Source of the DNA: Octopus sinensis
Lineage: Eukaryota
Assembly (NCBI RefSeq): GCF_006345805.1
Contig: NW_021824954.1
Coordinates: forward strand, 124,001-188,000
Reading direction: 5' to 3'
DNA: 64,000 bases
A model generated the notes under the pieces. It saw only the letters and a list, made by a program, of their open reading frames with translations, ran no database searches and was not told where the DNA came from. Below are positions 51,867 to 64,000 of this stretch, one piece after another. Numbering within the stretch: position 1 is the stretch's first letter; each line of letters opens with the position of its first letter. The position numbers and the translations under genes were made by a program.

Positions 51867-52264
51867 TCATGTTGCCAGTTTAGCCAATAATATCATGCAC
51901 CATATGTTTGGTGTTCACTTGCTTCTGCGTTATTTTATACTAATTGTGTTTCGGCCAGAGATTTTTCGTCACATTTCTGTTACCTCATCAGTGGTCCTTT
52001 GCTTTCTTCCTTCTTTTTTTGTGTGTCTCTCGTTACTAATTATCTGTCATTTTGCATTCCTATTGACAATAGGAATAGGAAATGGCAGATCATTACTAAG
52101 GATAGACACACAAAAAAGAAGGAAGACAGCAAAGGACCACTGATGAGGTAACAGAAATGTGACGAAAGAACTCTGGCCGAAATACAATTAGTATAAAATA
52201 AAGCAGAAGCAAGTGAACACCAAACATATGGTGCATGATATTATTGGCTAAACTGGCAACATGA
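51867..52264. repeat. Diverged foldback palindrome with roughly 199-bp arms
   Basis: Centre CCTATTG-A-CAATAGG at 52066. Arms are clearly complementary with scattered mismatches. Confidence 0.95.
52134..52178 (+). ncRNA. Type I minimal hammerhead motif; diverged mirror copy at about 51953-51997 on the minus strand
   Basis: GGACCA, core CUGAUGA 52140-52146, one inserted G, stem II GUAACA-GAAA-UGUGAC, GAAA 52164-52167, stem III AGAACU, C17 at 52173, then UGG pairing with CCA. Confidence 0.7.
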
Positions 52265-52417
52265 CCGTCCATAAGTACAACAATATCAGTGGCAACACAT
52301 GAAATCACATCAACAATTTTGCAAAACAAATATATATATATATATAAATAAATGTGTATATATATATGTATATAATATATATATATTTATAAATATAGGT
52401 ATATCTATCTATATATA

Positions 52418-53776
52418 TATTGCTGAGTCATTATCACAAGTAGAAGTTTCAGGTGTAATAGCAAGGATTAAAATCAAAGGGCCTTAGAGTCAACCTAGCT
52501 AAAACCAAAGTCCATAACAAGTAGGAAGGCAGACAAACCACAAATCCCTTCAGGTAGATGGCCCTGCTCGATCTGTAGAAAAGGTGTAGGTAGAAACTCT
52601 ATAAGATGTACCCAGTGTAAGCTATGGACACATATGTGTAGCAATATCAAAGGAAGGCTAACTGGGAAGATAGTTTTTGTATGTCGCAGATGCTTAGGAG
52701 CAATAAACACTGAAAATGTGCAGAAAACAACTTCTGCCACATTCCAGGGAGAAAAACTAGAAGTAGTTGATAGCTTCCATTACATAGGTGACCAAGTCAG
52801 TAACGGAGGTGGGTGCGCTGAAAGTGTAGCTGCTAGAATAAGAATAGCCTAGGCAAAGTTCAGAGAGCTCCTACCTCTGCTTGTGCCAAGTGACCTCTCA
52901 CTCAGGGTAAAAGGTAGACTGTGTGATGCATGCGTATGAACAGCCATGCTACATGGCAGTGAAACATGGGCCGTGACTGCTGAGGACATGTGTAAGCTTG
53001 CAAGGAACGAAGCCAGTATGCTCTGCTGGATGTGCAATGTCAGCTTGCATACTCGACAGAGTGTAAGTGCCTTGAGAGAAAAGTTGGACCTAAGAAGCAT
53101 CAGATGTGGTGTGAATGGATGAGGATAGCTGTGTGAAAAAGTGTCACACTCTAGCAGTTGAGGGAACCTGTGGAAGAGGTAGACCCAGGAAGACCTGGGA
53201 TGAGGTGGTGAAGCATGACCATCGAACATTAGGCCTCACCGAGGCAATGACGAAGTGACTGAGACGTTTGGAAATACGCTGTGCTTGAGAAGACCCGGTA
53301 AGCCAAGTGAGACCATAAACCTGTAGCCTATGCCAATGGTGTAATCAGCCCACTTATGCATGCCTTTCCTTCATTGGACACTAAACTCTGCTTGTGAAGA
53401 CCTGTTGAGGTAAGTGAAATCGAAATCAAATTCTATGACAGCACCGCATGACTCGCATCCGTGCTAGTGGAGCGCTAAGAGCACCATACGAGCATGATTG
53501 TTGCCAGGGCCACTGACTGGCTCCAGTGCAGGTGGCACATAAAAAGCACCATTCGAGCGTGGCCGTTGCCAGTACTGCCTGACTGGTCCTCATGCCTGTG
53601 GTACGTAAAAGCACCCACTACACTCTCGGAGTGGTTGGCATTAGGAAGGGCATACAGCTGTAGAAACTCTGCCAGATCAGAATGGAGACTGGTTCAGCCA
53701 TCTGGCTCGCCAGTCCTCAAACGTCCAACCCATGCCAGCATTGAAAGTGGACGTTAAACGATGATGATGATGATGA
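52418..53776 (+). mobile_element. RTE-clade LINE 3' portion with a PHD-like finger and (GAT)n tail
   Basis: GLRVNLAKTK, WPCSICRKGVGRNSIRCTQCKLWTH, EVVDSFHYIGD, HGSETW. 3' UTR ends GGACGTTAAACGATGATGAT. Confidence 0.9.
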
Positions 53777-53811
53777 TATATTTATAAATATAGGTACATC
53801 TATCTATTTAT

Positions 53812-53844
<33 letters not shown>

Positions 53845-54719
53845 CATATACGCATACACACACAAAAATTATATACATTGCAGATATACGCAAATATCTT
53901 ACTCTCTCTCTTTGTGTATGAATTTTGAAAACTTGGTATTGCTAAATATTTCATGTGTAAAACTTTTGATTCAACCTTTGCTGTTTGTATGGAATATTCC
54001 AAATTAATTCCAACCAAAAGCAGATACATATGTAGCTACTGAGAATATGCAACATTTAACATAATTTATGCAGAATAGATTTTGTACCAGAAGTTAGCTT
54101 GTACAATTAAATAGATGACGTCATATTGATTTAGCTGTTCTGTGCAGCGTTTGCATTCCCACTGCTGATATCCATCTTAGATCGTCAGGAAAAGCACCGT
54201 CGTCATCTGGAATTATTCCCTATAATATGTTTGATGAAATCTAATGTACGGGATCGTCTAAAGATGTGCATCTAAGCTTAAGTCATTTTACTTTGTCAAC
54301 ACAGCATATATTGTTGTGAGCCTTGTATCGAAATATAATAATGTGAGCATGGTTGATAAAGTCAACCTGGATTCAGTTCGCAACCCAGAGTTTATCTCAT
54401 CCATTACAAGAAATATTAAAATCGTGGGAACTCCAATAAACTAAAGCTCTAGTTTCTAATAGCTGAATCTGTTAGAGTTTCTGCAGTAAAGAAGAGAGGT
54501 AGGAACTCTGTACAGTGCACAAAATTTAAACAACAGGTGCATAAGAGATGTGGTGCGATCACAAACATGTATATAACACGTACACAAAAGAATACCCATG
54601 AAATAAACTGACCCCAAATGCATGGAAAGTTCTCTAGGAATAGTTGACAGCTTTTATTACTTTTATGATCAAATTTGTAGAGGAGGTGGGTGTTTTGAAT
54701 GTGTCGTAAGCAGAGTAAG

Positions 54720-54930
54720 AAGTTTGAACGTGTATCGAGAGCTATTACTCATGCTGGTAACGAAGAGTTTCTTTTGAAATGATGTATGATACTGACGTAT
54801 CAAGTGCATTGGAACGAAATGAAGTAAGCATCTTCCGATGGCTGTGTAATATTAGTATGCATGAACGGTGGAGAATAAGTGAACTGAAAGAACTTGGTAT
54901 ACGAAGCGTCAGATACAGCGTGGAAAATGT
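54720..54930 (+). mobile_element. Highly decayed fragment related to the RTE at 52418-53776
   Basis: LERNEVSIFRWLCNISMHER..ELKELGIRS aligns by eye to LARNEASMLCWMCNVSLHTR..LREKLDLRS. Confidence 0.55.
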
Positions 54931-55497
54931 AGGATGAGTTTTGAAGGTGGATAAAGAAAAGAGGAAAATCGAAGAAAATAAGGGAAGAGTTGAAAGCTGA
55001 TGTATGACTGTACATATGTATGGATGCATGCATGCGTGCGCATAGGCACGCGTGCTATACACGTACCGTATTCTAAAGACTGCGCATTTTCTGCTGTCAT
55101 TTGCAATTTGATTTATAATTTACAGTGGGAGTATGTCATCTGATTGGAATAACAGCGAATGGAAAAATACTGAGAATGTATTGATATTGGTTTTCTTTCC
55201 TCCTCCTTCTTTCCTCTCCCATCCTGCTGCCTTATGCTATCAGCACTGCCACTGTCCAAGGCGACTTATTAACAAAGAACTGGTAGCTAACGTGGCGTAC
55301 TTGTATTATTTATACAACATTGAATAGCTGAAATCATTTTAATGATTTATTTTGAACATTACTAATTAATACACTTTCGTGGAAAGAAAAGATAAATAGA
55401 TGCTACTTAATCTCATTTTTATTCTTTTCTAAAATCTGATTTATTATTGTGCCTAATGAATAAATAACAGAAACGGCGACTGCTCACGAGATACCGC

Positions 55498-55533
<36 letters not shown>

Positions 55534-55720
55534 AACATGTTACACACTACACACACACATTATACACATACACACACCACACACATATATACACATACAC
55601 ACACACACACACATATATACACATACACACACACCACATATATACACATACACACACATATATATATATTATATATATATAATAATATATATATATATAA
55701 AATATATATATATATATAAA

Positions 55721-55752
<32 letters not shown>

Positions 55753-55780
55753 TATATATATTAATATATATATATAATAT

Positions 55781-55840
<60 letters not shown>

Positions 55841-57939
55841 ATACACACACACACATACATACATATATATATACATACATATACATATATAAATGAAAAA
55901 TACACATTAAGAACAGGACATCACCAACCAGTGAAAAATACGTAAACGCACAACGAGAAGAACGGGACAAAATTCCAAAAGAAGTCTAACCCCTCCTCAG
56001 CTGTCGACTGAGATATTACTTCCTGTTGCGTGCTTTTAACAAGCCAGGAAAACTTCATAAGGCAGCAACATCCAGAAAATTTTAAAATATAAAATTTGCG
56101 GAAGGTTAGGTCTTCGATCGAACAAACGACACCAGAGTGGTCATACGGAAGTAAATAATTGACGAAGACATACATTTAGGGCCGTTAGGCCAAGACGAAT
56201 TGTAATGGGTAACGCTTGGAAGAAATTTTGAAAGGATATAAAATAAATAAATATATATATGGAAAAACAAAACAATAGATTGAACAATTATAAATTCAAT
56301 TCAATTTAAATATTTTACACAAACAAATGACACTTCATACATTATAACTGTTTCTGCTTCATTAATAAAACGAAGTTTTTCAAGAACAATCAGATCTGTT
56401 TAAATATATAATGATGCTTCATCAGATTAACATGCCTTCTTAACTATTTGACGAAAAATATTCATAATTTCTAAATCTTTACAAAGACGCTATATGAACA
56501 AGCTCAATCATAAGTAAATAATCTAACTGAAATTTTGTAAATTCATAACTTTACAAAATTTCAGCTTGCCCGTGAAATTAACGTGCAAGTAAATGGTTGA
56601 GCACTCCACAGACACGTGTACCCTTAACGTAGATCTCAGGGAGATTCAGCGTGAGTGTGTGACAAGGCTGGCCCTTTGAAATACAGGTACTACTCGTTTT
56701 TGCCAGAGCTGTATATATGTATGTATTAGTGTGTCTGTGTTTGTCCCCCCCCTCCCACCATCGTTTGACAACTGATGTTAGTACGTTTACGTCTCCGAAA
56801 CTTAGCGGTTCGGCAAAAGAAACCGATAGAATAAATATTAGGCTTACAAAGAATTAAGTCCTGTGGTCGATTTGTTCGACTGAAGGCGGTACTCCAGCAT
56901 GGCCACAGTCAAAACGACTGAAACAAGTATAAGAATAAAAGAACATATATATACAGGTGCGATCGAAGGGAGGATATAAGGTCAGAAGGGAATACAATTC
57001 CAGGAGAATAGGGCGTAATAACATTATTTAGAAAGGCGCACGTGCCCCTCAGGCTCCCCCTCCCCTGGGTCACACATATATAACAAATCAGGAATTTGGA
57101 AACCGTTTTGGTATTATTTATTCACCATTATCATTACATGTGTTTAATAGGAATTACAAAGTTTTACAGTAGTATTTTAAGGGTCCATGAATAAATTTTG
57201 CTCTTAGATGTATTTATTGCAAGAAACAGCTAGGTTTTCTTTCTTTGACCACTGAAACGTGTTCTCTCAGAGAATACTACCACAAACCTATAAAAATGAA
57301 CGTGTGAAAAACAAAATAGGAATTTTGAAAGAAGCATCGATAAAACTAGATTTTACACATAAAATAGCTATGGGGATTCACCAGAATAAAATAGTAATTA
57401 AAGAGTCCACAGGTAAAGATGGTTGAAAACTACTGACCCAGAGTCTTTAAAAGAGCCCGACAGAACCGAGATTAAACCTGACTACGAAGTGTTAATGCCC
57501 TCTCCCATCTATCATGTTCAGGCCTTCAGGCACATGCTACTATCAGGCCAATTCACTTTGTGAAAATGTTCGTACTACGTAGTAAAAAAAATTTCCATCC
57601 TCATAACTGTCATTGCAGTGTTATTTTACTTGAGTCAGTTAACGCTAATGATATATTGCTAAGGTGACTGCCATAACAACTTTATTTTAATGTGTGGGTT
57701 GTCTGATTTTAGATACCGTACACAGTATTAGATGTATTTACCTTCTGATGTCCTCTCCAAAAACCTTACGAAAGACATTATTTTGTAGTTAAATGTGTAT
57801 ACACAACGTTACGTAAACACCGATTAACGGCAAACGTTACACAGATTAACTTGATATTTTTAACTCGACGCAAACATACTACGCTCGCGCGCACACGTTT
57901 ATGTATGTATGTATGTATGTATGTATGTATATACTTCTA

Positions 57940-58800
57940 TATTGGGTCATCCCATAAATTCTTTTTTTCTTTTTTAAAAATTAAGATAAACAGAGTTCTT
58001 TTTTAATCTAAAATATACTCTCCTTCATTTTCTACAATGCTCTTCTAAAATTCACTTGTTCGTGACAAAAAATACTCCTCCAGTACTGTTCTGACCTACA
58101 CAATTCATATTTCTTCTACACAATTCATATTTCTTCTACACAATTCATATTTCTTCTACACAATTCATATTTCTTCCATCCAAATGATTTTTGAAGACTG
58201 CGGAAATAAATGATAATCAGATGGGGTAATGTCTGGCGAATATGGTGTGTGGGGCATCGTTTCCCATTCAAGCTGCTCCAGCCTTTGGAATGTCATCTTC
58301 GCTGTATGTGGCTGAGCATTATCCTGATGGAAGGGCACCTTTCGTCTTGAAACCAATTAGATGACTTTTCCGATGGCACGCAGGTGTCGATGAATGGTTG
58401 AATGACCAAAATCCAAGCTTCTCTGCTAGTTTCTCAACAGTTACGATGGGATTTTGTTCCACCAGGGTTTGCAGGACGTCCTCGTCGAGCTCTACAGGTC
58501 TTCCAGGACGAGGCTCGTCTTCTAGGCTGTAGTTTGCGGCTCGGAATTTCTTGAACCACCGTTGACACTGGCTTACGCTTATTATCCGATCCTCATATAT
58601 TGCATTAATATTCCTCGCACTTTCAGTTACGTTGTTGTCTTTATTGAACTCATAAAGCAAAATATGCCGAATATGATCCTTTGTCACTTCCATTATAGCT
58701 TTGAAAAATAACTGTTAAAATCGAACTGCACTCTTTAAAACCTGCACTAAGAATATGGACAAGGTAAAATTACTACCTGCTTTTTAGCAAGTTGATGCAG
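57940..58800 (-). mobile_element. Internally deleted mariner (Mos1/mellifera-like)
   Basis: HIRHILLYEF..QRWFKKFR..LEDEPRPGRP, FHQDNAQPH, HTPYSPDITPSDYHLF. One TIR-like end TATTGGGTCATCCCATAAAT at about 57940; the other TIR was not found. Confidence 0.88.
58096..58175 (+). repeat. 4 x 20-bp tandem repeat inside the mariner
   Basis: (CTACACAATTCATATTTCTT)4 read directly. Confidence 0.95.
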
Positions 58801-59313
58801 GTAGTTAATCCCGTTCCTTCCGACTTTTAGTTCATGCAACCGAAATTTGAAATATAACGCTCTCCTAGGAAGCGTAAGACCATAAAGGTTTTCAACATAC
58901 AGGATACTCCATTACAATTTTTTAGCAAAATTTTTATCAAAACTAGAGAATAAAAGAATTACAATGCTTACTGCTATTATTGAAGCTGAATGAACTTAGG
59001 GAGAAAATACTTAAAGCCTACTATAATTTTGAGTGGCAGAAGAAAATAATGATGGGGGGAGGGTCAAGAAAGAGTAGTGGTGGTATAGCTACATTCATCT
59101 TTATCCTTCTCACAATCAAAAGATCCGATGCAGCAAGTATTCTACATCCCCTCAGAATTAGAGACCATTGAGAATTGACAGTTAAGTTCTTGCTGCTGGT
59201 GATAAATTAATTAACGTCAGACTCTTCCCTCTCAGAAGATGCATGATAACCAGAAGAGGAAGGGCAGGGTGACTTAAGCTATATTATGATTCTCAATTAA
59301 CGCAACTATACTT

Positions 59314-59400
<87 letters not shown>

Positions 59401-59401
<1 letters not shown>

Positions 59402-59451
59402 ACGGGAAGCTTTATGAAAATAAACAAAAGACGAAGGCAGGTGGAATACAA

Positions 59452-59493
<42 letters not shown>

Positions 59494-59660
59494 GGAAAGT
59501 TTACGAAAATAAACAAAAGACGAAGGCAGGTGGTGTACAAACAAACAAATGTATTAGTATAGCGCTCAGGAATAGAAAAAATTTCTTTTACGTTTCGAGC
59601 CTACGCTCTTCTACAGAAAGATACACAAAAAAACAATGAGAAAAAAATGTGTGTTGTAGC
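59401..59660 (-). mobile_element. Solo PLE-type terminal repeat, same family as 1497-1700
   Basis: Shared AAACAAAAGACGAAGGCAGGTGG, ATTAGTAT..CGCTCAGGAA and ACGTTTCGAGCCTACGCTCTTC. Embedded in (TA)n. Confidence 0.8.
59584..59621 (-). ncRNA. Second copy of the minimal A6U hammerhead
   Basis: Minus strand UCUUU-CUGUAGA-A-GAGC-GUAG-GCUC-GAAA-CGU-A|AAAGA. Same flanking repeat family as 1497-1700. Confidence 0.7.
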
Positions 59661-59699
59661 TAACGATCTATCATATATATTATATATATATATATATAT

Positions 59700-59774
<75 letters not shown>

Positions 59775-59998
59775 AATATATATATATACATATATATATA
59801 CATATATATATACATATATAAAGTATACATATATATATATACATCACATTATATATACATACATATATATATATATATGTATATATATTATATATATATA
59901 TTATATATAGTTACACCGGAGTAAACACATAAATGTGAAACAAGGTGGAAAAAAAGAGTACTCAAATACCAGTGGTAGAGTAATATACTTTAATAAAG

Positions 59999-60539
<541 letters not shown>

Positions 60540-62597
60540 AGGGTGGCGTCATTCGAAGGCTAAAACAATGCGAACGCATTGTGACCAGCGATGTGTAGCA
60601 ACATCTGATGGTCTGGTCGGTCATGTGATCATGTGTGTGATATATATATATATCAATTGACAATCTGATAATTTACTTATGTTACATAAATAATTATAAA
60701 AACCACCATAAAAGGCCAACAAATTGTTTCGACATATTGCATTTTAATCTGCACATTCACGGGTATTGAAATATAATAAAATGTAATATATATAATTTTA
60801 ACGTCCACTTTCCATGCCTGGTTTAATGAGGACCGAGTTTAATGAGGTAGATTTTTTTATGGCTGGATATCCTTCCTGCCGTCAACCTTTATTTGTTTGG
60901 TTCCATATTACGTAAAAAAGTTTCTGAGTCTGTATTCCACAGCTCGTAGCTTTGCCGAATTCTTTCTCTACTCCCAGTATATTAATCTTAAAACTTTTAA
61001 GCAATAAAAATATGACAGCATTAAATTACTTTATAATTTCTTACGGGAGATTACTACAGACTGAAAAACCTTACCAGTAAAGCATAGTCTAACTACGACT
61101 TATGAGATGTAGGTTTTTTTCTCTCGAATGAATACTCAATGATATAACTTAAATTCGCTGTAGAGGTCTAATAATAGTGGAACTTGTCAAGAATTTCCAC
61201 TGTACTACAACAAAAAACCATGTGCACATGCCCTATAACATACTATATTTAATTAATTAAAATAACGCGGGGTGTTCTTCCTAGCTTCTTTTGACTGGGG
61301 TTGTAGTTTCCTTAACGACTGTTCTCATTACGATGGGAGTAATTTTAATTAATTATAATTCGTTGGCTTGCTACATTAATTATGCTTGCCCCTACTTGGC
61401 AATTAAATTTTCAGGCAGCCTGCATCACTGGATAATTTTCCCCCCACTCTCTCCCTCTGTGTAAGCGGGCGCTTGTATGTGCCATATAATAACAATTACC
61501 GCACATCTATTAGAATACGACATGTATAACAGCGACCATCATTTTATTCATTACTACAACTACAACCAAACTATTCATATACCACCACCACCTCGTTGAT
61601 AATAACGCAATTTGCATTACGAACATCACCCTCCCCTACCCAACACCATGGTAATATGAAAAGGACACTGGTAAACCATATTACATAATACTAGAACATT
61701 TGAAAGACATTTGGTTGATAGCAAAAAGCATTGCTTCTTTACTGTTAAGTCTTGAAAGGTCAGCGAAAACTGCGTTCATATCTTCTCTTCCATCATCAAT
61801 GTCGTCGTCACCACCACCACCACCACCACTATCATCATCCGCATCATATGTTAGCTCTACGATGCGGTTTCAATTTTCAGTGAGTTAAATTACAATATCT
61901 GAAATCCGATCACATATTTCACACCATAACATTGTATAACGGGCATGATCCGTAATAAAAGTTGGATCGAATCGGTTTGCATTATTTTTTTGTGTAGAAT
62001 ACAAACTGCTCAACTAAAAGAAGGAAAAAGGGCATTACTGCATCTATACCAAAGAATTGTTAACCCCAGGTCAGCAAAGATTTAACCAGATCTACAATGA
62101 AGGGTGTTCCAGCCGTGATCATCCTGTATAAAATTCAGATATAGCATGTCTAGGAGCACGAGTGATTTAAGGAAGATTTGGTTGATATTTCTGGTAGCTT
62201 GAGCGATAATAAAAAAATTATCTTGTTAGTTCGTCAGTCGATAAGTTATTATCACGTAATATGTTCAGAATTAACAGACGATTACAAAGGCCCACATCCA
62301 CCCTGACTCATGTTCATTTCGTAACTGAGTAACAAGTGCGACTTATTTAGTTTGGCATTAGTGCCTTGGATCTAAAACAAGATTTATGCTATTGAAAGCC
62401 AGGCAAAAGAACATCTGTGAATTGCACAATGGCGCAGTAGCATTCTTACTCATTGTGTTACGTGTTGCAACGTTGTACTTGAACTGATATGATTTGGAAT
62501 ATTTAGTCAACGTATCTAGCTTGCTTCACCGACACCTGATCGATAATAGCAGCTTATTGAGTACTTTTGTGACTGTAAAATGTGTGTGTATGTACAA

Positions 62598-62659
<62 letters not shown>

Positions 62660-62888
62660 GCATTGCGTCGAACCAGGGGCAGCTGATGAAGGGGAATATT
62701 CCTTGTATTCTGTACTCTGTTTTTTCGTTGTTAAAAAAGTCCGTTTCCTTGTTTGTTTTTGTTTTCGTTTCTCGTTGTTCTACGTTTATTTGTGGTGTTC
62801 TGTACTCATATATATATATACATATAGATGTAGGTATGTACATATATGTATGTATGTATGTATGCATATGTTTTATTTATTAAATTGT

Positions 62889-62919
<31 letters not shown>

Positions 62920-64000
62920 GTGTGTATGTGTATTTCAGACAAATTACACAGAGTTTTTTCAGGGAAAAAACGCCCACCTTCTTCCAGCTGTTGTTGGTGG
63001 TAGTGTGTGTGTATTGAAAGGAGAGAAAGAGAGCGAAAATGGTCAGATATTGCTTGGTATTTCCTAAATATAACTGAAAAGCTTAAGACCATGGCATTTC
63101 ATAACAAAATCTTCTGTTACATCACATGCATGCACGCACACGCACACTTTAAATTTATCTAATTACTTGTTCGCAAAATCTTGCTCAAACACGCATACAT
63201 ACACACACGTAGCATCCGAGAAAAGAAAATTAGTGGAGAGATAATGTTAGAGGTAGATATTTAATAAGAGTGATTGAAGGGAGGTCGAGATACATTAAAT
63301 TTGTTAAAATGTCGTTGGTAAGATGAAGAGAAACACAAGTTAGGGAGAAATCAGTAACATTCAGAACAAACATTTTCTGGCCTAACCTTTAAATATTATT
63401 TTAGTTTAACAGAAACGATCTCTTGTTTTGCTGCGGTGTATGATGTATGTGGTATTTAATTATCTTCCAAGATATCCTTGCATATATATAATGACACACC
63501 CGAGATATGCAAGCAGGATGAGCATGATATTATTACATTAGCTGTTGCCTCTCAATAAATGTAATCTTCATTAAGATTCTCAGTCTGATGATTAACTACG
63601 TTGGGCAGGACTCATTACATAACAATTGCATCACGTGCTTCTGCTAGCTAAAAATGGAGCGTACATTTTCTGCGTTCAACTCAATTTAGATTTTTATTCG
63701 CGTTTTCAGCAGATTGAGTTGCCAAGTGTGAGCTATGTAGAAACTCTGTTTATCGAATTTCTTCGCAACTTCGATATGGGGAAAAAGTGCGTAATTTTCG
63801 ATGTCAATAAATTGTTATTGTATTTTATTGTGTACTGTCCACTTTTTGTTCTCTCTACTAGCCACATACTGCTTGAAGCTTACAAACTTCGTACATTCGG
63901 AAACCCGGATCGTTTTTATATAAACATATACTTCTTTTATCTTTTGTTTCAGTCATTAGGCTGCGGTCATGCTGGGGTACCGTCTTGAAAATGTTTGAAA

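Noticed and set aside
55067-55106. MQMTAENAQSLEY|GTACGT as SLC6 exon 1
   Set aside because: The donor is phase 1 whereas the next exon needs phase 0, and the phase-0 frame contains TAG. Candidates at 61075 and 62450 fail the same test.
46705-58175. 20-bp and 28-bp tandem repeats as CRISPR-like arrays
   Set aside because: Head-to-tail units without unique spacers, in a eukaryotic context with no cas genes.
62660-62800. CTGATGA at 62683-62689 in a TA-flanked repeat as another hammerhead
   Set aside because: No GAAA segment or stem I partner (CTGCCCC) nearby; at most a truncated fragment.

Overview
AT-rich animal genomic DNA dense in (TA)n/(CA)n/(GA)n/(AAT)n microsatellites. The SINE and LINE families suggest an octopus-like coleoid cephalopod (inference). 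The only supportable host gene is a minus-strand SLC6 Na+/Cl--dependent amino-acid transporter (glycine-transporter/ATB0,+-like). I reconstructed 13 coding exons by hand (49201 to 16085; 1977 nt = 658 aa + stop) with consistent splice phases; the ATG-bearing first exon was not found. Introns and flanks hold decayed RTE, Tx1/L1, REL-endonuclease and Penelope-like (PLE) retroelements, two mariners, a MITE and many tRNA-derived SINEs. The most striking signal is non-coding. Four foldback palindromes (9991-10474, 29239-29364, 51522-51758, 51867-52264) and one 2.7-kb inverted-repeat composite (1023-3753) each carry a different hammerhead-ribozyme motif reading outward from the centre, all beside or inside (TA)n runs. 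There are also two minimal A6U hammerheads and one hammerhead whose segments are in a non-circularly permuted order (11160-11226). All structures were folded by eye; no activity has been tested.
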